From the NCBI GenBank assembly GCA_964384105.1, contig CAYLJV010000003.1, positions 128,001 to 192,000 on the forward strand: 64,000 bases of DNA, written 5' to 3'. A program made the position numbers and the translations under genes. This DNA is from Candidatus Hadarchaeota archaeon (GTDB lineage Archaea; Hadarchaeota; Hadarchaeia; Hadarchaeales; JAGGTB01). Each line of letters starts with the position of its first letter. The first letter of the stretch is position 1. Of this stretch, positions 18,654 to 27,530 are shown in pieces. The notes below the pieces were generated by a model. It was not told the DNA's origin. It worked only from the letters and a program-made list of their open reading frames with translations, and did no database searches.

Positions 18654-19040
18654 TTATAAGACTGTTTCTAGTAAATCTCTAACTTTTCTCTCGATTTTGT
18701 CTCTGGCTTCTCTAAATTTTTCTATTAATTTACCGGCAGGGTCTTCTATGCTTCATTCTAATAGTAGTTTTACCTAGTGGAGCAGGGCAAGCTTCCAGAC
18801 CACACCCCATTGTCACGACAAGGTCTATATCCTCTAACTCTTTTGCTTTGATACTTTTTGGTATGTGAGAACTTATGTCGATGCCTTTTTCTTTCATTAC
18901 TATGACGGCTTTTGTTTACCTCATCCGCGGGATTGGATACACCGCTGATGGCTTTAATCCTATTCCCCCTATTTTCTCGCAAATCCTTCGGCCATCTGAC
19001 TTCTGCATGCATTCTCAATACAAGCAAATAGTATTTTCAT
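18654..19040 (-). pseudogene. arsC: Arsenate reductase / LMW phosphatase, disrupted
   Basis: MKILFACIENACRSQMAEGFARK* ... /fs/ AVIVMKEKGIDIS..PK...LVVTMGCGLEACP ... /fs/ IEDPAGK...FREARDKIE; one TAG and two frameshifts. Confidence 0.85.
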
Positions 19041-19073
19041 AAACCTACCTTCTTGTTCCAAAAATAAAACTGG

Positions 19074-19538
19074 TTAGCATTTCCGGCATTCGTTAATAAC
19101 TTCTTTCAACTCTTTTGTCCTACCTTTTGGGATCTGATTTTGGACTAATCCTTCTGAATTTAGGAGACCGCATCCGATTATCTGATTTTCTAGCTTTAAT
19201 GCGACATAGCCTGGGTTTTTCTTTTTACTTTGTATTCGTTCTCCGGAGATCAGTTTTTTTGCCTGTTCTAAACTTATTTTTACTATATTCTTATTGATTG
19301 AGTCACCCAAAAATTGGAGAACGTAAGTTGTGGGTTTCGGCCCGATTTTATCTATTCTGAGGGCTCTTAGACCGGTTGCAACGAATTTTTCTTCTAATTG
19401 TAACTCTTTTGAACGTATCCATATGCTATCGCTCCTCTCGTGCGTTTTAAATTTCTTCCAAAAAGATTTCCTTACCCCAAATCTCTCATGGAAGTATTCT
19501 TCAAGCTTTCTTTTCGAATTTGGCAATGAATATTCCAC
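19074..19538 (-). CDS. RsmF/NOL1 C-terminal PUA-like accessory protein
   Basis: YF.ERFG, GLRALR, KPTT..LQFLG, GYV.L, IPK pattern; overlaps upstream m5C MTase. Confidence 0.75.
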   Translation of the reverse strand: MEYSLPNSKRKLEEYFHERFGVRKSFWKKFKTHERSDSIWIRSKELQLEEKFVATGLRALRIDKIGPKPTTYVLQFLGDSINKNIVKISLEQAKKLISGERIQSKKKNPGYVALKLENQIIGCGLLNSEGLVQNQIPKGRTKELKEVINECRKC

Positions 19539-20379
19539 CTGAATTTAATTGATGGGGATATACTCTGATACACTTTTTTAGTTTATTATCCATTTGAGTT
19601 CCACTCCATTTCGTTATTCCCTTGGAATGGAATAACTCAAGTTTTGGGTCTATTAAATCTCCCTTGTCCAAAAATTTGGATACGACTAACTCGTTTTCTT
19701 CAGGAGCAAAGGTGCATGTAGAATATACTATTTCTCCTCTTTCTTTACACAGCTTGAATGCTTTCTCGAGTAATTTTGTCTGTAAGTTTGAGAGTTCTTT
19801 TATTTGTTCTAAGTCAGCTCCTTCTTCAGTGAATTTCTTTCCTCTCAAATTTCCTTCTGCGGAACACGGAACGTCTACAAGAATTTTATCGAATTTTTTT
19901 GATTCAGGTAAATTTCTTGCGTCTCTTTCGGTTACTTTCACGTTTACACACCCCATCCGATAGAGGTTGGAGAGGAGGCTCCTAGTTTTTCCTGCCCTAA
20001 CATCATTTGCTAGTATATGTCCTTTGTTTTCCATCATGGCAGATATCTGAGTAGTCTTGCTGCCCGGAGCGGCGCACATATCGAGGACTTTTTCTTCAGG
20101 TTTTGGTTTTAAGACTACTGGTGGTATTCCGGAAACTGTTTCCTGAATATAGTATTTACCCAGCCAATGGCCTAGCGTTTTACTCGGATTTTGCTTTAGT
20201 TTAAAGAAATTTTCGTTCCATTTTCTTTGCTCGAAGTTGATTTGCTCTCTATTTAGGAGTTCCATCACTTCTTTGATAGAGGATTTGATGGTGTTTACTC
20301 TTATCTCAATTGGCTGTGCGATATTCAAAACTTTCTTAAAATTTTTGTAATTGGGTATTATTTCTCTATATCTTTCCAT
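19501..20379 (-). CDS. RsmB/NOP2 family RNA m5C methyltransferase
   Basis: VLDMCAAPGSKT, ILVDVPCS, VYSTCTFAPEENE motifs. Confidence 0.95.
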   Translation of the reverse strand: MERYREIIPNYKNFKKVLNIAQPIEIRVNTIKSSIKEVMELLNREQINFEQRKWNENFFKLKQNPSKTLGHWLGKYYIQETVSGIPPVVLKPKPEEKVLDMCAAPGSKTTQISAMMENKGHILANDVRAGKTRSLLSNLYRMGCVNVKVTERDARNLPESKKFDKILVDVPCSAEGNLRGKKFTEEGADLEQIKELSNLQTKLLEKAFKLCKERGEIVYSTCTFAPEENELVVSKFLDKGDLIDPKLELFHSKGITKWSGTQMDNKLKKCIRVYPHQLNSGGIFIAKFEKKA

Positions 20380-20467
20380 TCAAGGTTAGCATGGGCGTGA
20401 CGATGAATAAATTCTGGTCATTTACTGATAGTTTTATTAATGGTATCATCTCCAATTCTCTATTGCT

Positions 20468-20759
20468 GGCGAGCCGGTGGACGGCTCACGGGGATCTCCT
20501 GAGGAAACTCCGCCCACCGGACGGGACCGCAGGGTCGAAAGGACCCCGGCTGAGAGGCCGGACCCTGGAACAGAAACGATACCTCCCAGTCTCCAGGCGA
20601 TGATGCAGTCAATGCTGAGGTCGGGCTGGTGGAGGGTGGAACGGCCAATCTGCGGGGTGCAAGGGCAAAAAACCGCCGATGAATTCCCGTCGGAGGCGGG
20701 TGGTAGCCCGCTAAGCTGAATGCCGTCTAGAACAGAAGGCGGGTTACGGCCGGCACGCC
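20468..20759 (+). ncRNA. rnpB: RNase P RNA, archaeal type A
   Basis: GC-rich island. CR-I GAGGAAACTCCGCC, CR-II ACAGAAA, CR-III TGGAAC, GGGTGCAAG, CR-V AACAGAAGGCGGGTTA. P1 ends pair, P6 GACGGG/CCCGTC, P8 and L15 GGT present, K-turn CGATGA..CTGAG in P12. Confidence 0.95.
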
Positions 20760-20955
20760 GGTTTCATTTCGACTTCTAATATTCTTGATTATGGTTTTTA
20801 CAGATATCCTTAAACACTTCAGATTTTGTTATGAATCTCAGATTTCCGACTTGAAAAGACCAAATTTTCTCTATTTTTAGAAAAAGGATAGCTTTTTACC
20901 CAAAATTTACTTAAACTCTTTTCGCGAATAAGCACTTCGTGTGGTGTTACGAAAA

Positions 20956-21312
20956 ATGACCAAAGCAGAAAATCCGGTCCTGAGAAGATTGGTGAAGAGG
21001 CTTCGAAAGATTAGTAAAGACTCTGGAGCTAATGTTTGGGAAGAGTTGGCCCGAGGATTGGGTAAGTCGAATAGAGCTAGGGCCGAGGTAAATGTTAGTC
21101 AGATATCTCGTCACACATATGAGGGCGATACTATAGTTGTTCCAGGAAAGGTCCTTGGATCGGGTAGATTAAATCACTCTCTCTCTGTTGCGGCTTTCGA
21201 CTTTTCGAGCCGAGCTAGGGAACTTATATTGGCTGAAGGCGGAGAAGTCTTGACGATTGATGAACTTTTGGATAAAAATCCTAAAGGGGAAGGAATTAAA
21301 ATAATAAAGTGA
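20956..21312 (+). CDS. rpl18e: 50S ribosomal protein L18e
   Basis: AEVNVSQI, VVPGKVLGSG, FS..A. Confidence 0.96.
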   Translation: MTKAENPVLRRLVKRLRKISKDSGANVWEELARGLGKSNRARAEVNVSQISRHTYEGDTIVVPGKVLGSGRLNHSLSVAAFDFSSRARELILAEGGEVLTIDELLDKNPKGEGIKIIK

Positions 21313-21317
21313 TTTTG

Positions 21318-21743
21318 ATGATAGTTGATGCTACTGATTTGGTTTTGGGAAGAATAGCAAGTCGAATAGCGAAGAACTTGCTTGAAGGCGAAGAAGTAAC
21401 AGTGGTTAATGCGGAGAAAGCAGTTATATCTGGGAGCAAAAAGTCAACTTTGAGCGAATACGACGCGTGGACCAATATAAGAACCTTGGTTGATCCCAGT
21501 CAAGGTCCCTTTCATCCTAAAAAACCCGAAGACCTGTTGAGAAAGACTGTTAAAGGAATGTTGCCAATGAAGAAGGCAAAAGGCAGAGAAGCCTTCAGGA
21601 GGTTGAAGGCTTATCAAGGAACGCCTTCAAGGTTCGAGAACGAGGAAATGGAAACATTCCCCAAAGCAAATGTTTACAATTTGAGTACCCGTCGTTTTAT
21701 TAGACTGAATGAGCTTAGCAAGCAATTGATGGGTGGAAATTAG
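21318..21743 (+). CDS. rpl13: 50S ribosomal protein L13
   Basis: VDA...LGRIAS..AK, VNAEKAVISG, GPFHPK.P, KGMLP. Confidence 0.97.
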   Translation: MIVDATDLVLGRIASRIAKNLLEGEEVTVVNAEKAVISGSKKSTLSEYDAWTNIRTLVDPSQGPFHPKKPEDLLRKTVKGMLPMKKAKGREAFRRLKAYQGTPSRFENEEMETFPKANVYNLSTRRFIRLNELSKQLMGGN

Positions 21744-21753
21744 GTTAGATAAT

Positions 21754-22152
21754 ATGAAAACTATTCAAACTACAGGAAAGAGAAAATCTGCGGTGGCCAG
21801 AGCTACTGTTAAGAAGGGATTTGGGAACATATACATAAATAAGAAATCGCTAGATGTGTTTGAACCCGAAATCGCTAGATTGAAGATAAAAGAGCCTATT
21901 CGACTTGCTCCAGATGTTTCAGAAAAAGTGGATATCGAAGTCAACGTTTCGGGCGGTGGATTTATGGGTCAGGCTGATGCCAGTAGGACAGCAATAGCTA
22001 AGGGTTTGGTTGAGTGGAGTGATGATGAAGAAGTGTACAAAAGGTTTAAGGAATATGATGAAACACTAATCAAAAGCGACACCCGTCAGAAGGAATCCAA
22101 GAAACCTGGCGGTCGAGGCGCTAGGAAAAAGAGACAGAAATCATATAGGTGA
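21754..22152 (+). CDS. rps9: 30S ribosomal protein S9
   Basis: GKRKSAVARA, GGG.MGQA, KKPGGRGAR...QKSYR. Confidence 0.97.
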   Translation: MKTIQTTGKRKSAVARATVKKGFGNIYINKKSLDVFEPEIARLKIKEPIRLAPDVSEKVDIEVNVSGGGFMGQADASRTAIAKGLVEWSDDEEVYKRFKEYDETLIKSDTRQKESKKPGGRGARKKRQKSYR

Positions 22153-22158
22153 TTGATT

Positions 22159-22353
22159 ATGATGCGACCTGTTAGATGTTTTAGCTGTGGAAAACCTCTT
22201 GGCGACAAGTATGAAGAGTTTGAAAAAAGGATTTCAGAAGGAGAAAAGCCTAAGGAAATCTTCGAAGACATGGGTATCAAGAGGTATTGTTGTCGTAGGA
22301 TGATCTTCGCGAGTGTTGATGCTACGGAAGAAATGATGAAGTTTAAGAGGTAA
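22159..22353 (+). CDS. rpoN: RNA polymerase subunit N (Rpo10)
   Basis: PVRCFSCGK...RYCCRRM. Confidence 0.97.
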   Translation: MMRPVRCFSCGKPLGDKYEEFEKRISEGEKPKEIFEDMGIKRYCCRRMIFASVDATEEMMKFKR

Positions 22354-22379
22354 ATACTCTTTTTTACTTAATTTGGATT

Positions 22380-23738
22380 TTATTCTATTGGACAGGATAC
22401 TGAATTCCAACCTGCAGTTCCACCCAATATGACGGTCAGATTGTCCCAACCGTTCCTTTTTAGAATACTGGCAGCAATCGTAGAGCGCAGCCCGCTCCCA
22501 CAGAAGATGTATATTTGCTTATTTTTGGGTATTTTTTCTAGATTTTTTGGAATTTGTGTTAGGTGAATGTGATTGGCGTCGGAAATTCTATTTGTCTTAA
22601 CTTCTTCTTCACTTCTTACATCCAAAATCCAGGCGGATTCCTCCTTACTATCGAGTAAACCACAGAAGTCATGAACGTCGATTGTCCTTATAGCCTCGCT
22701 TTTGTGGCCTTTCTTATGCCAGGACAACATCCCGCCCGAGAGGTAACCCTCCAGATTATCGTAGCCTAACCGGATTAAATAACGAACTGCTTGGGTTGGG
22801 TCATTAGATTTATTGTTAAGGAGAATGGGTTTATCGTGGGGTATAAACCAACCTGCGAAGTTGGGTAGTCCCGCTTCCCAGATGGAGAGCGCTCCAGGAA
22901 TGTGAGCGGAGGCGAATCCGAGTTCTATTCTCGTGTCGACTACAATTGAGTCCTCCATTTTTTCGGAAAACTCGTCTGGAGAAAGAGGTTCAGGGGTTGG
23001 TAGATGTTCTAGAATGGGTGGTCCGTGGGTGTTTAATTTTTCCATCTTTCTGAAGTAGGGTGGTCTTTCGAGTTTGGCAGCGACTTTAGAGATAAAAACT
23101 TCTTTATCTTTGTGCTGAAGTTTGGGATTAGTACGTTTCTCCAAACCTACCGTAGTCCATAATCTTTCGCCTATGGATGATCCACAGACAGATCCTGCTC
23201 CATGAGCTGGGCATACTAATACCTCCTCACCAAGAGGAATTATCTTCTCGAATATCGAATCATAAAGTTTTCCTGCCATTTCTTCGGCTTTTTCCATGCC
23301 CATTAGGTCTACTCTACCTACATCCCCGGCGAATAGAACATCACCAGTGAAAATAATCCAGGGTTCTCCTTGGTCGTCTTTGAGTAGGTAGCTCATGCTT
23401 CCTGGTGTATGTCCTGGTGTGTGTATAGCTTCTATTTCTAAACGACCTACCCTCCAGAGTTGGCCTTCCTTTGCTTCTTTCCCATACTTGTAGTCTAATT
23501 GTGAGTCGGCATGCCAGATATCGGCGTTTGAGCGGGTAGCTAGCTCGGGTGAACCGATCAGGTAGTCCTCATTTCTGTGGGTTTCCAGTATATGCTTTAT
23601 ATCGTACCCTTTTTTCATTGCTTTTTCTATGTAAACTTGGCAGTCTCTTCGGGGGTCGATTACTATGGCTTCTCCGAGGTCTCCAATTAGGTAGGAATAG
23701 TGTGCTAGACCTTTTGATTCTATCCTCTCAAATAATAT
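22380..23738 (-). CDS. MBL-fold hydrolase fused to two rhodanese domains (persulfide dioxygenase-like); apparent ATA start
   Basis: ETHRNEDY, HTPGHT, FTGD, PAHGAGS.CG, CGSGLRS. Frame extends 40 codons upstream of ATG 23618 (ILFERIESKGLAHYSYLIG...IDPRRD) to ATA at 23738. Confidence 0.88.
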   Translation of the reverse strand: MLFERIESKGLAHYSYLIGDLGEAIVIDPRRDCQVYIEKAMKKGYDIKHILETHRNEDYLIGSPELATRSNADIWHADSQLDYKYGKEAKEGQLWRVGRLEIEAIHTPGHTPGSMSYLLKDDQGEPWIIFTGDVLFAGDVGRVDLMGMEKAEEMAGKLYDSIFEKIIPLGEEVLVCPAHGAGSVCGSSIGERLWTTVGLEKRTNPKLQHKDKEVFISKVAAKLERPPYFRKMEKLNTHGPPILEHLPTPEPLSPDEFSEKMEDSIVVDTRIELGFASAHIPGALSIWEAGLPNFAGWFIPHDKPILLNNKSNDPTQAVRYLIRLGYDNLEGYLSGGMLSWHKKGHKSEAIRTIDVHDFCGLLDSKEESAWILDVRSEEEVKTNRISDANHIHLTQIPKNLEKIPKNKQIYIFCGSGLRSTIAASILKRNGWDNLTVILGGTAGWNSVSCPIE

Positions 23739-23750
23739 TCTATCAACCCT

Positions 23751-25388
23751 TTATTTTTCTCTTAAACATAGAAAATAAAAAGACTGGTTTTCGGAATTTG
23801 ATTGATTTACAACTTGGCTACTACTAATAGTAGTGAAGACAGGACCGCGGATATCTATTTTCTTGTTATTGTTGGTAATGTACCTTCTGGCTGGTTTCTC
23901 AAGTTTTAGGTTTATATCTCCTAGTGATTCTACGATTGGGACTCTAACTTCTATTTCCCCTTTTCTGCTTTCTACCGCTTTTTCTATTTCCCGTGAAGCC
24001 ATGTTGGCAACGGCTTTCATGTACGTCAAGTCTGTTTTTATTCCCCCTTTGCGAACTTTTTGCAAAAATTCATCTTTTTTCAAACCCTCTGGAGGGACTC
24101 CTACTATATTACCGTCGAAAACATATATCTCGTTGAAGGCGGCTGGTCCTATTAGTTTAGTGTTTTCTTCTGGTTCCTTTACAAAAACAGAAATATCCTT
24201 TCCCTTCAAGTTCCCCTCGAAGACTTTAAATTCGCAGGGACTAGGCTTGTCTTTAAATTTATAAGCAACTCCTTCAATTTTTTCAGCCAGTTTTTTACCT
24301 TCTTTTGTCTCTGGTTTTTTATCAAATTCGAGCATTTCCGATATCTGTTTGTCAGAAAATTCTATTTTTTCGTATCTGTATGGATATACTATTCTTCGAA
24401 TATCTTCCTCTCCTGTTCGAATCATAAGGACCCTTTCGAGGCCAACTCCTAAATTGAAAACGGGATAAGGGATATCATAATTTGCTAACGAGACGGGGCT
24501 GTAAAATCCGGCATTTCCTATTTCAATCATCTCTCCCGTTTTCGGATGCCTTACAAAAATTTCGAATTCGGATCCCGGTGCATAATATTTTGATGTAGCA
24601 CTTTTTATTTTGCATTCGACTTTATCAAAACCGAATTTTTTCATAATCTTCCTTGCTATCCTTTTTCCATCTTCTAAACTCATTTTTTCTGACATGATTA
24701 CTATAGAACCGGTCCAAGAACGGTAAAGATGGGTTTTATCTAATTTTTGCTCTCTTCTATATTTTGGACCTACCGTAAATAGTTGGAGTGGTAGGGGTTC
24801 TCTGTTTTGCATCTCTTCTAAGATCTGAAACCAACCCGCCGTAGTGTGGGATCGAAGAGTCATATTTGAGGGAATAGGTTTCAGCTTTTTGAAGTCCTCA
24901 AAAAGTGATAGAATATGCGAAGCTTCACTTTCTTCTAGGTCAAGTTCTTCTACGAGAACTTCGGTGAGGTCATCTGATGATATTTCCCCCTGCTTGTATC
25001 TTCTAAAGATTCCTTCCAGCTCATTCGTTTTGCCGAATTCAGGAATCTCTTCTTTTATTTTTTCCAGATCTTTTTTACTTATGCCGAGATCAGAACGGTC
25101 TAGTCCAGCCAAAAAGAAAACCCTATCGAGAATTATGGGTGCTTCAGGCCCGTACTGTTTTCTAATTTCATCTTTTTCTATTAAGGTAGGAACTATCATT
25201 TCTTTGAATCCTAAATCTATCAGCTTGCTCCTCAGTTCTTGCACTAGGTCAAAAAGAGGGTGTTTTTCTCCCTTATTCTCAAGTTCGAAAAATTTTCCTT
25301 TTTCCTCGATTAATTCTCCTGATTCTTTCCATGCTTTTTCGTAGTTCTTTTCTGATTTTTCTTTCAGATTTTTGATATTATATCTCAT
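23751..25388 (-). CDS. sepS: O-phosphoseryl-tRNA(Cys) synthetase (SepRS)
   Basis: YGPEA..ILDRVFFLAGL.R.D.GIS, LRSHTTAGWF, RREQ, SKYY.P..E.E, YSPVSLA.Y.I.YPVFNLG.G.ER, GPA..NEI, IDIRGPVF. Confidence 0.92.
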   Translation of the reverse strand: MRYNIKNLKEKSEKNYEKAWKESGELIEEKGKFFELENKGEKHPLFDLVQELRSKLIDLGFKEMIVPTLIEKDEIRKQYGPEAPIILDRVFFLAGLDRSDLGISKKDLEKIKEEIPEFGKTNELEGIFRRYKQGEISSDDLTEVLVEELDLEESEASHILSLFEDFKKLKPIPSNMTLRSHTTAGWFQILEEMQNREPLPLQLFTVGPKYRREQKLDKTHLYRSWTGSIVIMSEKMSLEDGKRIARKIMKKFGFDKVECKIKSATSKYYAPGSEFEIFVRHPKTGEMIEIGNAGFYSPVSLANYDIPYPVFNLGVGLERVLMIRTGEEDIRRIVYPYRYEKIEFSDKQISEMLEFDKKPETKEGKKLAEKIEGVAYKFKDKPSPCEFKVFEGNLKGKDISVFVKEPEENTKLIGPAAFNEIYVFDGNIVGVPPEGLKKDEFLQKVRKGGIKTDLTYMKAVANMASREIEKAVESRKGEIEVRVPIVESLGDINLKLEKPARRYITNNNKKIDIRGPVFTTISSSQVVNQSNSENQSFYFLCLREK

Positions 25389-25391
25389 TTC

Positions 25392-26024
25392 TCAGTCACT
25401 CACTTTTTTCTCAGCTTTGGTTAGAGCCTTTTCAAGTTTATTCTCTCTTACGGCTCGAGTAATATCTGCTCTTGTCTCTTCGAGAGAATTTCTTGCTACA
25501 TCGCGGCGATGTTTCATTCCGGGGAGAATTGAATCGGGGTAGTCAAACTGCTCCAATAGATCGAACATCTGCTCCATCATATCATAAGTTCTTTTTGCTT
25601 CTTTTAGCTCGTCTTCACGTAATGAGTCTAAAAAGTGCCTTCTGAGCTCTCCGATTGTTTCTGCGAGGGCTTGAGCGTAGCCTTTGTGAAGTACGCCTAT
25701 TTCAGTAGCTTTTGGTAGTTCTTCTTTTTCAATTATTGTTTTTGTTAGTACTAGTTCTGCAAATTCTCGATTTGCTGCTATAACGGCACCATGGTCTATA
25801 AATTGAGGTTCGGAATCTAATATTCTGTTTAATTTCTCGACATTTTGCCGGATTTTTTTAACTTTTTCTTCGAGTTCTTTTTTTTCTCCCCTATAAAGAG
25901 TAGCCATTGCTCTAGAACATTTTCGGATTACATTATGGGAGATATCCAGCAGGTTATCTCTAATTTCTTCTTGTTTGTCTAGATATTCTCTAATCTCGTT
26001 TACGGATTCAAACATATTGTTCAT
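25392..26024 (-). CDS. Translin/TRAX (C3PO) family protein
   Basis: Helical; REFAE and GELRR motifs, K.R.DVAR..LE.TR.D. Confidence 0.85.
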   Translation of the reverse strand: MNNMFESVNEIREYLDKQEEIRDNLLDISHNVIRKCSRAMATLYRGEKKELEEKVKKIRQNVEKLNRILDSEPQFIDHGAVIAANREFAELVLTKTIIEKEELPKATEIGVLHKGYAQALAETIGELRRHFLDSLREDELKEAKRTYDMMEQMFDLLEQFDYPDSILPGMKHRRDVARNSLEETRADITRAVRENKLEKALTKAEKKVSD

Positions 26025-26078
26025 CTGAATTTAATCACTAAGTGATTTTAATTTTCTTCTTTGTTTTTCTCGGCAACT

Positions 26079-26507
26079 TTACTTTTGAAATTCCTCGGAA
26101 GGTTTGAGCATATTTGTTCGTTTGTATCGATTCTTTTCGATCGCATTTTTCTTCTCTAGGTTATTAACTAAAGCACTAAGTTTTGATTTAGAGAATTTGA
26201 GTTCTCTTCTCAGGTCATCTTGTCGGATTTCCCCGTTTTGCATTATTTTTCTTAAAACAGTCTCTTCGTCTTCGCTTAACGTCATGAGTGCAGTCTTGAT
26301 TGCTCTTTCTTTTATGTATTTATTTATGAGCCAGTAAAGGACTAGACCAATGACCGAAGAAATCGTGATTAGTATTATAATACTTACCCCTATGGAGTAG
26401 AGGTTTACTCCTGGCGTTCCTCCAGTCAGAGAGAATAGTACAATTCCTAGCCCACCCTGGAGTATGGCAACTATCAAAACGACTTGGAGAAAATCCTTGA
26501 ATTTCAT
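26079..26507 (-). CDS. Membrane-anchored winged-helix transcriptional regulator
   Basis: 2 N-terminal TMs; LSEDEE.VL...GEIRQDDLR...FSKSKLS.LV..LE wHTH. Confidence 0.8.
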   Translation of the reverse strand: MKFKDFLQVVLIVAILQGGLGIVLFSLTGGTPGVNLYSIGVSIIILITISSVIGLVLYWLINKYIKERAIKTALMTLSEDEETVLRKIMQNGEIRQDDLRRELKFSKSKLSALVNNLEKKNAIEKNRYKRTNMLKPSEEFQK

Positions 26508-26549
26508 TGTTAATATAAGCGTCTATTTTTTGTAAAAATTTTTGCACTC

Positions 26550-26571
26550 CTATTATCATTTGTGATAATAG
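26550..26571. promoter_or_regulatory. Perfect palindrome upstream of the wHTH gene (operator or terminator hairpin)
   Basis: CTATTATCA-TTTG-TGATAATAG, directly upstream of the minus-strand TATA-like TTTTTACA. Confidence 0.5.
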
Positions 26572-26600
26572 TTTTTCTGGGGTTAATAATGGCTTTGGGA

Positions 26601-27530
26601 CTAGAATCCGGATTCAAGTAGTACTACTCTGCTTGGTTCAAATCCGTCTGTGATTCTGTAACCAGTTATGTCTGCTATTTTCTTTGCAAATTCCTTGATT
26701 TCAGAATATGTTGGCATATATTTCATACCTAATCTCGCTCTCGAGTGGCCCACTGCTACGTAGCCTTTCGGTTCAACGAAGTTCGGTTTGGCTTTTTCTA
26801 TAAGTCTGGCATAACCCGAGGGATTCTTCAGATTAAGTCCTTTTACCAAAGTTAAACGCAGAACATTGATGCTTTCGAATGATTGCATGAGTTCAAGACT
26901 TTCGTTTAATTTTTCCCATGGTTGGGGAGTCATGGGATTGCAAGTTTTGATATACGTTTTTTTATCTGGAGCGACTGTTGATATATAGAGCTGAGCTGGA
27001 TCTCTAATTTTTTCGAGATTTTCTGGGTGTTGTCCGTTGGTTACTAAAAATGGGGATATTTTTCGTTTTTGGCACTCTTCGATGAGTGTATCTAGCTTGG
27101 GATATAATGTGGGTTCTCCGTCCAACGATATTGCTGCTAGGTTAGGATTTTGGGCTTCCTTCCATTTTTCTTTGTCTGCGTTTGGATTACCCTTGAATCC
27201 GCTCAGAAGAAGTCTTTGTTCCTCTATAGCTTCCTCTATTATAGTAGACGGTTCATCAACAGGTCCATCCCATCGGGGTATATTATGTTTTACATTTCTC
27301 CAACAGAACTCGCATCTATTATCGCAGAAGGGTAGACTTGGGGTAATTTGGAGACATCTGTGACTTTTTATTCCGTGAATTTTTTCGTAAAACTTTTGTT
27401 TGTAGCAGATGCTTTCTCCTAGAATGCTTTTTTTGGTCCATCTACAGATTTTGATGGCGCTGTGTTTGTGTTTTCCGACTAATCGATATCCGCATTCTTC
27501 GATTTTTTCGATTTCTTCTGATTCAATCAT
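26601..27530 (-). CDS. taw1: tRNA 4-demethylwyosine synthase (radical SAM)
   Basis: HSAIKICRWTK, CYKQKFY, SHRCLQ.TP, CxxxCxxCWR, AISLDGEPTLYP. Confidence 0.95.
   Translation of the reverse strand: MIESEEIEKIEECGYRLVGKHKHSAIKICRWTKKSILGESICYKQKFYEKIHGIKSHRCLQITPSLPFCDNRCEFCWRNVKHNIPRWDGPVDEPSTIIEEAIEEQRLLLSGFKGNPNADKEKWKEAQNPNLAAISLDGEPTLYPKLDTLIEECQKRKISPFLVTNGQHPENLEKIRDPAQLYISTVAPDKKTYIKTCNPMTPQPWEKLNESLELMQSFESINVLRLTLVKGLNLKNPSGYARLIEKAKPNFVEPKGYVAVGHSRARLGMKYMPTYSEIKEFAKKIADITGYRITDGFEPSRVVLLESGF

Noticed and set aside
18770-19027. 85-aa ORF, and possible pyrrolysine read-through of the TAG in arsC
   Set aside because: The ORF is a chimeric frame of the arsC pseudogene. Two extra frameshifts indicate decay rather than recoding, and TAG is a normal stop elsewhere in the window.
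20391-20719. Three overlapping ORFs (20391-20603, 20460-20648, 20477-20719)
   Set aside because: Artefacts of the GC-rich RNase P RNA gene.
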